Shown here: piece after piece, positions 47,760 through 57,428 of the stretch | Position numbering within the stretch: the first letter of the stretch is position 1 | Layout: each line of letters starts with the position of its first letter | From: an uncultured Prevotella sp. | GTDB lineage: Bacteria > Bacteroidota > Bacteroidia > Bacteroidales > Bacteroidaceae | Direction of reading: 5' to 3' | Assembly (NCBI GenBank): GCA_947302435.1 | Contig: CAMYVQ010000001.1 | Coordinates: 38,051-102,050 of the forward strand | Length of the DNA stretch: 64,000 nt | Notes under the pieces: generated by a model | The model's database searches: none | What the model saw: the letters and a program-made list of their open reading frames with translations, nothing else | What the model was told of the DNA's origin: nothing | Program-made: the position numbers and the translations under genes

Positions 47760-49307
47760 ATGAAGAAGTTCTGTTTGTTTTTTATCGCCTTTCTGGGCAC
47801 ACTCTCCGTGGATGCCCAGAACGGTCGACTGCCAGAAGAAGTGATACCGGGTTCCAAAGGCCAGCTGCCCGAAGTCCAAGCTGTGGCTCCTGCACGTGAG
47901 GGCGAGATTGCCATTCTTGACCTGTCTGACGTGGGTTACGATCCCTATATCATCAATGGCTATGTCGATATCAGAGCCAATCTCTCTTGGCCAATGGTAT
48001 CAGAAGTGGGCTGTGAGTATTACACCATTCAGTACAGGAATCATGGTCAGGGGCAATGGACTACATACTCGGAGAACGACAGCCCCCGGCAGTTCGGTGA
48101 CCGCACCGTGGGTATGCCCATGCACATCTATGGCCAGACCGACTATCGTCTGGTGCTTCATGGCGGAGCGTATGACGGCTATGTGTCGAACATTGTGACT
48201 GCGCAGCCTATCTCCATGTACTCGCGCTACAGAGGGTGGTCGGAGTCGCCCAATATCGATCATTGTATGGTGGGACATTCCATCGGTGAGGAGCTCAGTT
48301 TCGCGGCTGACACTTATAAGGACGGCACCATCACAGAGTATGGCAATGAGGACGGCTACTTCACCTATCAGTGGTATCGCCGCAATCCCAACAACTGGGA
48401 CATGGAGAAGATCGAGGGTGCCACCAGCATCAACTACACTCCTACGATAGAGGATGCCGGCTATCAGTTAGTCATCGAAGTGTGCGGCGACAAGGAACAT
48501 TGCGACTTCATGCTGCGCCATCCGCTCTACGGGGTAGTGTGCGTGCCCGTTCAGGCTTCAGTGGCCTATATTGGAGCCGACGGCTTCGTGCTGAACACCG
48601 ACTATGTGATTCCCAATCCGCAGACCATGATTACGCGTACAATATCTTGGGATGAAAATGCTGCCCCGTTCGACCCCAACTGCATCAGCGAGCGCAAGCC
48701 CGGCCAGTATGTATTCCGTCTTCCTCAGGAGGAGTATGACTTCGGCATCTATGACTTCTCTAATTCGGCCTATTTCCTCACTTTCCACTATGAGATGATG
48801 GGTTGGTACCGCGAGGTACAGCCGATGTCTGACCGCTACAAGGCTCCCTTGAGCGTGAAGGCCGAATATGCCGGAGCTGCCGTTTCCACTACCATCGATG
48901 TGATCAGCAAGAACATTGATGATGAGTGGACGGTCGTTGCATCGAAGTCGATGGAAGATGCTGTCGACGGTGTCCTTGACTTTACTGATTCCGAAGGAAT
49001 GGACATGCTTTTCCAGACCCCATGCTATGTGAAGGCTCGCGCTACTGCAACGACAGCCGACACTTTCTATCCCAGTGCATTGTCTATGGGCGATGCCCAG
49101 ACTGTCGTGCCTGGCTACGACGAGTCATGGAACCCCGTGGTAATCACTATCGAGGTGAAGGATGCCGCCGCGTCTGTTGAACGCCTTTCCGCTCCGGCTG
49201 ATTCTTCCGCACAGTACTTCACGCTCGATGGCCGTCGCGGACAGTCGCGCGGTTTGGGCATCGTTCGCATGAGCGACGGAACGGTGAAAAAAGTAATGAT
49301 TCAATAG
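47760..49307 (+). CDS. Secreted Ig-like-domain protein with C-terminal sorting tail
   Basis: Signal peptide, TYQWYR..IEGAT..YTPT.EDAG repeat-type motif, YFTLDGRR..GLGIVRMSDG.VKKV tail. Confidence 0.8.
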   Translation: MKKFCLFFIAFLGTLSVDAQNGRLPEEVIPGSKGQLPEVQAVAPAREGEIAILDLSDVGYDPYIINGYVDIRANLSWPMVSEVGCEYYTIQYRNHGQGQWTTYSENDSPRQFGDRTVGMPMHIYGQTDYRLVLHGGAYDGYVSNIVTAQPISMYSRYRGWSESPNIDHCMVGHSIGEELSFAADTYKDGTITEYGNEDGYFTYQWYRRNPNNWDMEKIEGATSINYTPTIEDAGYQLVIEVCGDKEHCDFMLRHPLYGVVCVPVQASVAYIGADGFVLNTDYVIPNPQTMITRTISWDENAAPFDPNCISERKPGQYVFRLPQEEYDFGIYDFSNSAYFLTFHYEMMGWYREVQPMSDRYKAPLSVKAEYAGAAVSTTIDVISKNIDDEWTVVASKSMEDAVDGVLDFTDSEGMDMLFQTPCYVKARATATTADTFYPSALSMGDAQTVVPGYDESWNPVVITIEVKDAAASVERLSAPADSSAQYFTLDGRRGQSRGLGIVRMSDGTVKKVMIQ

Positions 49308-49360
49308 AAATGGACTTGGATGGTCTTGAAAATATAAAAATTACAGTTATCTGAACAGAT

Positions 49361-49398
49361 CCCCCTGACTCGCTTCGTGCTTGTCGGGGGGGCTTTTT
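49361..49398 (+). terminator. Intrinsic terminator
   Basis: CCCCCTGAC..GTCGGGGG then T-run. Confidence 0.65.
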
Positions 49399-49494
49399 GT
49401 ATGCTAAAGACAACCTTTTATGAAAAAGAGTGCCGATTTTATTTGGCACTCTTATTTTTTTTCTTTATTTTTGTCCTGTTATTGATCAGAAAGA

Positions 49495-50232
49495 ATGAAA
49501 ATGAGAAACAGGTTGCTTCTTTTCGTGACGGCATTGCTATGCTTTTGCCTGTCGGCCTATTCGCAGGCAAATGAAGGCGAAACACCGTCAAGGCCTTATT
49601 TTTCACCCCATTTGAGATTTGGAGTCACACTGAACGTCGATGCCAACGGACTGCATGGCGGGCGTTACCGGGAGAGCGAAGTACCCGACAAGCCGGCCTT
49701 TGGTGGCAGTCTTGTGGCAAAGTTGCATGCCGGCGAAGCTACCGATGTGTTCAATTTCAGTATAGGACTGGGCTATCGCGGTTTCTGGGATCAGGCACCG
49801 CCCCACGAGTTTGTCCGCCACTCCACCTTCTCCGACTATTTGCTTTATTCGCGCAACCACAGTGATAATCGCGACGGCAGCGAGGTGCGCCCCTTGGGCG
49901 GACAGCTCGTCATTCCGGCTGAGGCCCACATCAATCTTGTCCGTATGGGTGATGAAGGTTCTTTCTTTATCGGTGGAGGGTTGGAGTACGGCCTGCGCGT
50001 GTATCAGTCAAAGCGCTATGCCAACTATTTCGGAGCCCACATCATGAACGTGGCCAGCCTGTCCTATCAGCCCATGATCGGCATCAAGGCCGACTTGGAG
50101 GACTTCGGCTTCATGCTTTCCCTTTATTACAAGCGTTACATTTACAACGCCTTCAATACCAAGGACATTCCCATCGACAAATTCAATCGCGGCTATTTAG
50201 GCATACAGCTCTCTATCGTTCTGGGAGAGTGA
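49495..50232 (+). CDS. Putative outer-membrane beta-barrel protein
   Basis: Signal peptide, amphipathic strands, C-terminal YLGIQLSIVL. Confidence 0.7.
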   Translation: MKMRNRLLLFVTALLCFCLSAYSQANEGETPSRPYFSPHLRFGVTLNVDANGLHGGRYRESEVPDKPAFGGSLVAKLHAGEATDVFNFSIGLGYRGFWDQAPPHEFVRHSTFSDYLLYSRNHSDNRDGSEVRPLGGQLVIPAEAHINLVRMGDEGSFFIGGGLEYGLRVYQSKRYANYFGAHIMNVASLSYQPMIGIKADLEDFGFMLSLYYKRYIYNAFNTKDIPIDKFNRGYLGIQLSIVLGE

Positions 50233-50265
50233 GCCCGTTTTTTTATACACCCACCTCTTTTATAT

Positions 50266-51081
50266 TTATACGCTCACCTCGGCCTTGATGTGGGGCCACG
50301 GGTCGTAGCCTTCGAGTGTGAAGTCCTCATACTGGAAGGCGAAGAGGTCTTTCACGTCGGGGTTGATGCGCATGCGTGGCAGTGGTCGCGGCTCGCGCGT
50401 CAGTTGCAGACGGGCCTGTTCCAAGTGGTTCAGGTAGAGGTGGGTGTCGCCCGTGGTGTGGATGAAGTCGCCCGGCTCCATGTCGCATACCTGCGCCATC
50501 ATCATGCACAGCAGGGCGTAGGAGGCAATGTTGAAGGGCACACCAAGGAACGTGTCAGCCGATCGCTGGTAGAGCTGGAGCGACAGGCGCGGTCGTCCGC
50601 CTTCCTCTTTCGGCGGTGCCACATAGAACTGGAACATGGTGTGGCAGGGCGGCAGAGCCATTCGGTTCACCTCGGCCACGTTCCATGCCGACACAATCAT
50701 GCGGCGCGAGTTGGGATTGTTTCTCAACTGGTCGAGAATGATTTTTATCTGGTCGATCGACCCCCCGTCGTAGTCGGGCCACGACCGCCACTGGTGTCCG
50801 TAGACAGGCCCAAGCTCGCCGTTCTCGTCGGCCCATTCGTTCCAGATCCTTACGCCGTGCTCCTGCAGCCAATGCACGTTCGTGTTGCCCTGCAGGAACC
50901 ACAGCAGTTCGTAGATGATGCTTTTCAGGTGCAGCTTCTTCGTGGTCAGAAGTGGGAAACCCTCTTGCAGGTTGAACCGCATCTGGTGGCCGAACACGCT
51001 CAGCGTGCCAGTCCCCGTGCGGTCGCCTTTCTCAACGCCCTCGCGCAATATGCGGTCGAGCAAGTCCAAGTATTGCTTCAT
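50266..51081 (-). CDS. thyA: Thymidylate synthase
   Basis: [45 protein letters not shown]. Confidence 0.98.
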   Translation of the reverse strand: MKQYLDLLDRILREGVEKGDRTGTGTLSVFGHQMRFNLQEGFPLLTTKKLHLKSIIYELLWFLQGNTNVHWLQEHGVRIWNEWADENGELGPVYGHQWRSWPDYDGGSIDQIKIILDQLRNNPNSRRMIVSAWNVAEVNRMALPPCHTMFQFYVAPPKEEGGRPRLSLQLYQRSADTFLGVPFNIASYALLCMMMAQVCDMEPGDFIHTTGDTHLYLNHLEQARLQLTREPRPLPRMRINPDVKDLFAFQYEDFTLEGYDPWPHIKAEVSV

Positions 51082-51162
51082 GATGCCAAAAATATCTTTA
51101 TCTGGTGCAAAAATACACAAAAAAAACCGAAACCGCCAAATTTATATTGAATTTAGCTGTTG

Positions 51163-52428
51163 TTACCGTCTGATTTTCCCTATGTTATCCCATCGCATGG
51201 AATATGATTCAAACGTTTTAAGTGATATTTGAAGTTCCGTAGCTGTCTTGCGCCAGTCTTTGATGGTGGTGCAAACCTCCTCTATGATATCTGCTGCCTC
51301 CTGCTGTTCTATCATATAGTTGTCAGAGGCATGGAGTAGGGCTGAAGCGTCCGATTGCTCGGTATATTGGTCGATGAGCAGACATTGATGTGTCTTGACG
51401 CCTGGGTTGATGTCGTATGCAGGTGATAGAGTCCAGCCTTTGGGGGTAAGCAGGAAACCATGATTGCGGAAATGGTCGTCGGTATTGCCAAACATTACAT
51501 TGAATGCCACTCTTCGGTAGAGTTCTCTTATGTTCTGCTGAACGTCAACACATCCCTGAAGAATGAAATCTACGATGTCTAAATAGCCATTGCCTGTGCT
51601 GCTGCCGGCACCATCATCCAAGCCAAGTAACGACATAGCAGAAGCAAAATGTATGCGTTTGCCTTCAGCGCTTCTGTCAAAACGCTCGGAAAGCAACATG
51701 TCGCGGTCTTTGGAAATCTTGATGGTGCGCGTTTGGGCCACGTTGATACCAGCCTTAGCAGCCAGCCGATGTGAGAAGTGCTCGATGAGTTCAGTGTTCT
51801 CCAAATCCTTCTTTGAAGGGAACTTTGCCACATACAGTTTGCCGTCGGTATCGATGACATTGGCTTTGGGACGAGCACCGCCAAGCGATGTTCCTGGGTC
51901 AATCAACTGGTCGAGCCAACGCTGTTCGGGTAACTCGTTACGTTCTTCTGCCATCTCAATTTCGTGACAGGCATCGCATAGGGCGCGAAGGCTCTCAATG
52001 GGTGGAACAAGATACTTTGCGCTCGCATTGATGTAATCTTCGGAGTCGTCACTTTTGTAGCGTATTCCACCCATACGGGTGAAGTCCTCAATTCCCGTGA
52101 GGTAGTCGTAGTTGGTGAGCATTCGCACGGGTCTGCCCTCTGCTTGTGCATTCAGTCGTTCCCTGCGGTCGAGCAACAAACGTCCCCAACGGTCGGGGAA
52201 AGAATCCTTGACGAAACCAAACACACTATCCGTGCCACGAGGATGCTGCAACGAAGGAATATTCATCAAGTCGCCACTCAGCACGATACCACCATGCTGT
52301 TTCAGCCATTCATGCGAATACTCAAAGACAAAGTGATCCTTGCCGCGAACACGTTCGTAGCCCAAGGTACCAATCTCTTGCGTTGATGCAAGGAAATCGA
52401 AATCAGCGTAAACCGTAATCTTTTTCAT
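51163..52428 (-). CDS. hipA: HipA family kinase toxin
   Basis: DSFPDRWGR, GTSLGGARPKA, GNTDDHFRNHGF, LSPAYDINP. Confidence 0.95.
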   Translation of the reverse strand: MKKITVYADFDFLASTQEIGTLGYERVRGKDHFVFEYSHEWLKQHGGIVLSGDLMNIPSLQHPRGTDSVFGFVKDSFPDRWGRLLLDRRERLNAQAEGRPVRMLTNYDYLTGIEDFTRMGGIRYKSDDSEDYINASAKYLVPPIESLRALCDACHEIEMAEERNELPEQRWLDQLIDPGTSLGGARPKANVIDTDGKLYVAKFPSKKDLENTELIEHFSHRLAAKAGINVAQTRTIKISKDRDMLLSERFDRSAEGKRIHFASAMSLLGLDDGAGSSTGNGYLDIVDFILQGCVDVQQNIRELYRRVAFNVMFGNTDDHFRNHGFLLTPKGWTLSPAYDINPGVKTHQCLLIDQYTEQSDASALLHASDNYMIEQQEAADIIEEVCTTIKDWRKTATELQISLKTFESYSMRWDNIGKIRR

Positions 52429-52724
52429 TTTTTCAGCAATTCTGCATCTTGAAGCTGACGGCCGAGCGCATCATCGGCAGCAAGCAGCGAGATGTCCTTT
52501 TCAAGATTCAGCGCAAAGAGCACTCGCGCATAGATACCCATGGAAACCGTCGGGTCGCCATGTTCCACCTTCGAGACCGTCAGGCGTGTCACCGTTGCCC
52601 TGTCTGCTATGTCTTGCATAGAAAGATGCCTGCGTTTGCGTGCCAGCATGATCTGTTCGCCCATGAGCTGCAACTGCTGGGTCAATGCCCTTGGCATCAT
52701 CTTTCCGAATGTATTCTTTCCCAT
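52425..52724 (-). CDS. Xre/HipB-like helix-turn-helix antitoxin
   Basis: GEQIMLARKRR.LS..IA.RA..T..KVE.GDP.VS.G.Y; ATGA overlap with hipA. Confidence 0.92.
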   Translation of the reverse strand: MGKNTFGKMMPRALTQQLQLMGEQIMLARKRRHLSMQDIADRATVTRLTVSKVEHGDPTVSMGIYARVLFALNLEKDISLLAADDALGRQLQDAELLKK

Positions 52725-53428
52725 AATTGTATGTTATTGGGCGCAAAGATATACAAAAATGTTTAATATAACAAACGTTTTGTCGAAAATTTGTGTTTGT
52801 CATATATTATTTGGCTCGTTATTTCATATTAATCGTGGATAGGGAGATGTCTTTATCGCTTCTTTTTGGATTTCGTCAGCTGCTGTTGACCTCCAAAGAA
52901 AGTAGATTCTGCATGGGGAAAACATCGTCGGCAGAACACGTTCTGTGGAAAAGTTGGCCTCTTTGCGATCTATACAGTTTCGTTTTTCTGTCCTTTGTAG
53001 GAGAGTCCGGGGTCGTTTTTCATGGGTTCCCTTGTCATTCATATTGAATGGCGCCTCCAGAATGGGAAAAGTCGGTTGCTGTTGTTTCTCACTCACGATG
53101 GAAACGAATATTGATCACACTACTATCAGACATGAATCACACCGCCATTCAACATGGATGACAACAGGAACAAAGTCAAACAATGGTGAGAACGATGATG
53201 GATTGCAGTGCGAAACAAGTCAAATGGCCCGAAAACGCACTGATTCCTCGTTTCGCTGGGGAGCATGAGGCTCCCGTGGTCAACTGAGTAGAATCTTGAT
53301 ATAGAGCAAGAAATTGGGCTTGTTTGAAAAAATAAATGTGTACGAATTACATTAATCATAGTAAATTAATAATTTTGCCCTGAATTTCGGAAGAGAAATT
53401 AAACTAACTAAATGATTAAAAATAAATT

Positions 53429-54605
53429 ATGAAAAAATTTTTACTTTTATGCCTCGTATTGGTGGGGTATGTGAGCACGGCCAGTGCTGTGACAATTTAC
53501 GTGCAAAACACGCGAGCATGGGATGCCATCTATCTATATGAATGGAATGGCGAAAGTGATGTTGCTGTCGCCTGGCCTGGTACGCAACAATGCGTAAGGG
53601 AGATAATTGATGGCAATTGGTATTTTAAGATTACAATTTCAAGAGAGAAATTTCTCCTCACTAATAATAGTGGTACTCAAACCGCTGACCATGAGGCTGA
53701 TGGTTTCATTGAAAATGCATATTATTGGATTGGGGAGAACAACAAAGATAAACTCACCAAAATGGATGCCCCTACAGCAACACATCTCTATAATATTTCT
53801 GCAAAGGCTGATGCGTCGTGTCCTATTTATAATATATACACATTCCAAAGTAAAGAAGGTGTAACAACAGACCTTTCTGGAGGTTGGCCTGGTGCATATG
53901 TGATTCCAAACAGTGATGGAGAATATAATCTCACAATTGGTAGTAATTCTGTCAATGGAGAGATTAAGGTTATTTTTGACCAAGGTGACTCCAAGCAAAC
54001 AGGAGATTTGTGGGCTGTAGAAGGTGACAACTCATATTATATCGCAAGTATGACCTCAAACAAAAATGGCGAGGGCGTTAAGACCAACTCAAAGGGATGC
54101 CACTTACGTCAGCTATAACAAGCTACAGATGCCTGCAAATATCGTTTATTATGCCACCGACGACGGTGATGGCACAGCTACAGCTCATAATGTTACAGCA
54201 GTTCCCGCTAGCACTCCTATGCTCGTAAAAGGTGATGCGAATACTATATACCACTTTTCAACGACGAGTGACGATGTAACCGCAATAGCATCTAACGCTT
54301 TTATTGCAGGCTCCAACGCTAATGTTGCAAGCAATCCTTCAGCTAATGTGTACAATTACATTCTGAATGGTGACACTTGGTATGCTGCCAACGATAAATA
54401 TGTAGCTACAAACAAAGCTTATCTCCAGCTGTCGCGTCAGGCACACGCTCGTGTGTTGAAGTTTGCTGATGATGAAGCAACTGGTATTAATGCTATTGAG
54501 AAGAATCTGGTAAGCGAAAGCTACTTTGACCTGCAGGGCCGCCGCGTAGCTCAGCCCACCAAGGGTCTCTATATCGTGAATGGAAAGAAGGTTGTTATGA
54601 AATAA
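53429..54605 (+). pseudogene. Secreted protein with two starch-binding (CBM26-like) repeats and sorting tail, frameshifted near 54097
   Basis: ORF 53429-54118 (signal peptide, two WPG modules) and ORF 54066-54605 (NKAYL, YFDLQGRRV..KGLYIVNGKKV) join at KG[Y]ATY if 2 nt are restored. Confidence 0.75.
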
Positions 54606-54670
54606 TCCAAGAGAAATTCGTAATCTATTTGTGGTAATTCAAGTTTAACAAAATAAAGGAGGTTATTATT

Positions 54671-54835
54671 ATGAAAAAGAATTATATTGAACCCAAGACG
54701 GTTATCGTCGCAATAGGCATCGAGAAGATTTTGGCAGGCTCATTGACAGGCGACGGTGTAAATATGGACATCAGCAGTGAAAATGCTCTTTATGATGCAG
54801 AAAGCCGCGGCAGTTTCTGGGAAGACGAGGAGTAA
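54671..54835 (+). CDS. 54-aa peptide with N-terminal KKxYxxP motif and acidic Trp-containing tail
   Basis: MKKNYIEPKTVIVAIGIEKILAGSLTGDGVNMDISSENALYDAESRGSFWEDEE; AAGGAGG upstream; below the ORF-track cut-off. Confidence 0.8.
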   Translation: MKKNYIEPKTVIVAIGIEKILAGSLTGDGVNMDISSENALYDAESRGSFWEDEE

Positions 54836-54845
54836 TGTCCTAAAC

Positions 54846-54883
54846 CAGCGTTCGTGCGGATTTCCGAATCCGACCGAACGCTG
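54846..54883. repeat. REP-like hairpin
   Basis: CAGCGTTCG-TG-CGGATT-TCCG-AATCCG-AC-CGAACGCTG. Confidence 0.6.
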
Positions 54884-54900
54884 TCGTTTTAATCATTTAA

Positions 54901-54949
54901 ATTACTGTCCGCTAAACAGTCGATGTTTAGCGGACAGTAATATTTTTTT
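54901..54949. terminator. Intrinsic terminator with perfect 18-bp stem
   Basis: ATTACTGTCCGCTAAACA-GTCGA-TGTTTAGCGGACAGTAAT then T-run. Confidence 0.85.
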
Positions 54950-55001
54950 ATTGCTTCAAAATGAACTTTTCAGGAAAGGCATCCTGTCATGTTGATAGGC
55001 A

Positions 55002-56024
55002 CTATATATAGCTTTTTATTTCGTTGAGGTCTTTGTGCAAGTTTTCCGCTATTTGCTCCGCCGACAAGCCTGCTTTTAACAACATCTGGATTGTCGAGCG
55101 TAGCATGTCTTGCTGCTCTGCCAGCTGTGATTTCTGTTCTGCCAGCTGTGCGTTTCGTTCCGCCAGTTGTGATTTCTTTTCTGCCAGTTGTGCGTTTCGC
55201 TCTGCCAGTTGTGCGTTTCGCTCCGCCAGCTGTGCGTTTCGCTCTGCTATCTGTGCTTTACGTTCGGCTAACTCGCGGTCTTTGAGCATGATTTCGGTGT
55301 CACGCTTTTCAATGATGGAAAAGTATTCGTCTTCCACGTTCATGTGGTGACGCATCTCGGCATCGGCGGCGGCCATGGTGAGACGGTGGAGGATGCGCTC
55401 CATCTCACGGTCGTCGGTATAGAGCTGTTCGTCGAGTCTGAGCATGTGCTCGTCGAGCACATCCTTCCGTGTCTGGTCGAAGATGCTTAACACTTTGTCG
55501 AGACGGTTGTTGATCTGTCCGTGCAGGCGTGGAATCTGCACGATGATGCTTTCGTGAGTCAGACTGTCGATGAACGGGTTGGGCAGTCCCTTGGTCACGG
55601 GACGGTCGTTATAGTCGAACGACTGATGGTTGACGTAGAGCACAGGCTCTTCGATGTCGCCCACTTTGTGTCCCAGCAGGTAGACTGCCACGGTGGGCAG
55701 TGCATAGTCGCCCTGCATGTTTTTCGGGTTTGAGTAGTGTACGCCCAAGTACTGGCGGAAACGCAGTGTCTCGGTGGGTAACCATGTCTTTTGCAGTTCC
55801 ACGAGGATGAGGCGTTCGGTGCCGTCGCTCTCGCGTATGGTAGCTCCGAAATCGATGCGGAACACCGAGAGAGTGTCGCGTTGGCCGTTGGAATACTCAT
55901 GTGGGCGTACCTCCACGGCCACTACGTCTTTCTTCAGCAAGGCCGAGAGTATGGTACGGGCGATACGTTCATCTTCCATGAGGAACTTGAACACTATGTC
56001 GTAGATAGGATTGGCAATAATCAT
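55002..56024 (-). CDS. Rpn-like PD-(D/E)XK nuclease/putative transposase family protein
   Basis: NPIYDIVFKFLM, RIDF.A, ILVELQK, RFRQYLG; C-terminal 21-nt tandem repeats (AERNAQL) and G.S.EQIA tail. Confidence 0.8.
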   Translation of the reverse strand: MIIANPIYDIVFKFLMEDERIARTILSALLKKDVVAVEVRPHEYSNGQRDTLSVFRIDFGATIRESDGTERLILVELQKTWLPTETLRFRQYLGVHYSNPKNMQGDYALPTVAVYLLGHKVGDIEEPVLYVNHQSFDYNDRPVTKGLPNPFIDSLTHESIIVQIPRLHGQINNRLDKVLSIFDQTRKDVLDEHMLRLDEQLYTDDREMERILHRLTMAAADAEMRHHMNVEDEYFSIIEKRDTEIMLKDRELAERKAQIAERNAQLAERNAQLAERNAQLAEKKSQLAERNAQLAEQKSQLAEQQDMLRSTIQMLLKAGLSAEQIAENLHKDLNEIKSYI

Positions 56025-56090
56025 GTTTATTCGGTTTTTGTGTGCAAATATATAAAATAAAATTGAAACAGGATTACAATCATGCTAAAA

Positions 56091-57353
56091 TTATTCCATG
56101 TAGGGTAGAACAGGGCTGTAGGTGTCTGGCACATGGGTGGTCTTGATGCGCCACTCTTTGGGGTAGAGGTTGTTGGCACGACTGCCGATGTTCTTGACAA
56201 GACCGAGGGGATGGCCGAGGAAGCAGACCTCGACAAGGCCGCGTGGCGTGTCGGGGGGAAGCACCAAGGCTTCACCACGCAGGTAGCTGATGGCGGTGGG
56301 GTAGTCGACATCGCAGCGAGGATAGGTGCCTGTGGGGGATAGTGGAGAGAGGAGAGAGGAGAGAGGAGAGAGGTTAGTCTTGCTGGCATTAGTTTTTTTA
56401 CCTCGCGTACAATCTATCCTCTCTCCACTCTCCTCTCTCCACTCTCCTCTTTTCTCCACTTTCCTCTCTCCACTCTCCTCTTTCCTCATCACGGCCATGA
56501 ACAGACCTTCGCCACGGGTGTAGCCGGGGATGAAGCGGTAGACAGGCTCCGTGAAACCGGGGAGCAGTGAGCCAGTGATGCCCCATTCGGACTGAATGTC
56601 GACGGGGAGCAGTTCGGCACCAAGCTCTTCCTTGATCCAGCGCACGTTCTCCTCGTCTTCTTTTGTATTATAGGTACACGTACTATAGACAAGAAGTCCA
56701 CCGTCTGCAAGACATGCCCAGGCATCGGCAACAATCTCCCGTTGCAGCTGCTGGCAATGCTCCACGTTCTGGAGGCTCCACTCCTTCATGCTGTCGGGAT
56801 CCTTTCGGAACATGCCCTCGCCAGAGCAAGGCACGTCGCAGAGGATGATGTCGAAGCGGAACTTCGATGCACGGTAGTCCTTGGGGTAGCAACAGGTGAC
56901 GAAATGCTGGTCGTAGCCCCATTTCACGACGTTCTCCTGCAGGATGCTGGCACGCTTGCGAATGGGCTCGTTCGAGTAGAGCACACTGCCTTCGGGCAGG
57001 GCGGAGCGCATCAGCGTGGACTTGCCACCGGGGGCGGCACAGAGGTCGAGAGCCGTGACAGGGTGGTCGGGCAGATGCTGGCGCAGCACTTCGTCGAGGA
57101 ACATCGACGAGGCTTCCTGCACGTAGTAGCATCCGGCATGCAGCAAGGGGTCGAAAGTGAAGTTCGGTCGGGTGGAGAGGTAGAAAGCGTTGCGGCACCA
57201 GGGAACGGGATTCACTCTTAACTCTTCACTCTTCAAGGGGTTCACCCTGATACTCACAGGCGGCTCCTCGTTGAGGGCCTGAAGGAAGCGTGCAAACCGC
57301 TCTTCACCGAAGACGGGACGAATAAGTTGTATGAAATCGTCAGGTAATTGCAT
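56091..57353 (-). CDS. RsmB/RsmF (NOL1/NOP2) family rRNA cytosine methyltransferase
   Basis: YYVQEASSM, LDLCAAPGGKST, DVPCSGEGMFRK, YSTCT, GEGLF, RANNLYPKEWRI. Confidence 0.95.
   Translation of the reverse strand: MQLPDDFIQLIRPVFGEERFARFLQALNEEPPVSIRVNPLKSEELRVNPVPWCRNAFYLSTRPNFTFDPLLHAGCYYVQEASSMFLDEVLRQHLPDHPVTALDLCAAPGGKSTLMRSALPEGSVLYSNEPIRKRASILQENVVKWGYDQHFVTCCYPKDYRASKFRFDIILCDVPCSGEGMFRKDPDSMKEWSLQNVEHCQQLQREIVADAWACLADGGLLVYSTCTYNTKEDEENVRWIKEELGAELLPVDIQSEWGITGSLLPGFTEPVYRFIPGYTRGEGLFMAVMRKEESGERKVEKRGEWREESGERIDCTRGKKTNASKTNLSPLSSLLSPLSPTGTYPRCDVDYPTAISYLRGEALVLPPDTPRGLVEVCFLGHPLGLVKNIGSRANNLYPKEWRIKTTHVPDTYSPVLPYME
56341..56483. repeat. Inverted heptamer arrays (AGAGWGG)n..(CCWCTCT)n inside the methyltransferase CDS
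   Basis: Arms 56341-56373 and 56418-56483; encode EESGERKVE.. and LSPLSSLLSPLS. Confidence 0.88.
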
Positions 57354-57428
57354 AATTGCTTGCAAAATTAAAAAAAAATGTGCATCTTTGCAACAAAATT
57401 CAGAAAAGACATGCGGAATAGACAAGAA

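Noticed and set aside
50596-50617. Short insert [10 protein letters not shown] in ThyA as another repeat insertion
   Set aside because: Only a 5-bp stem and no second copy in the window, and this loop is naturally variable
55118-55270. Possible CRISPR or DGR repeat
   Set aside because: Contiguous in-frame coding repeats with no spacers, no adenine-specific variation and no reverse transcriptase
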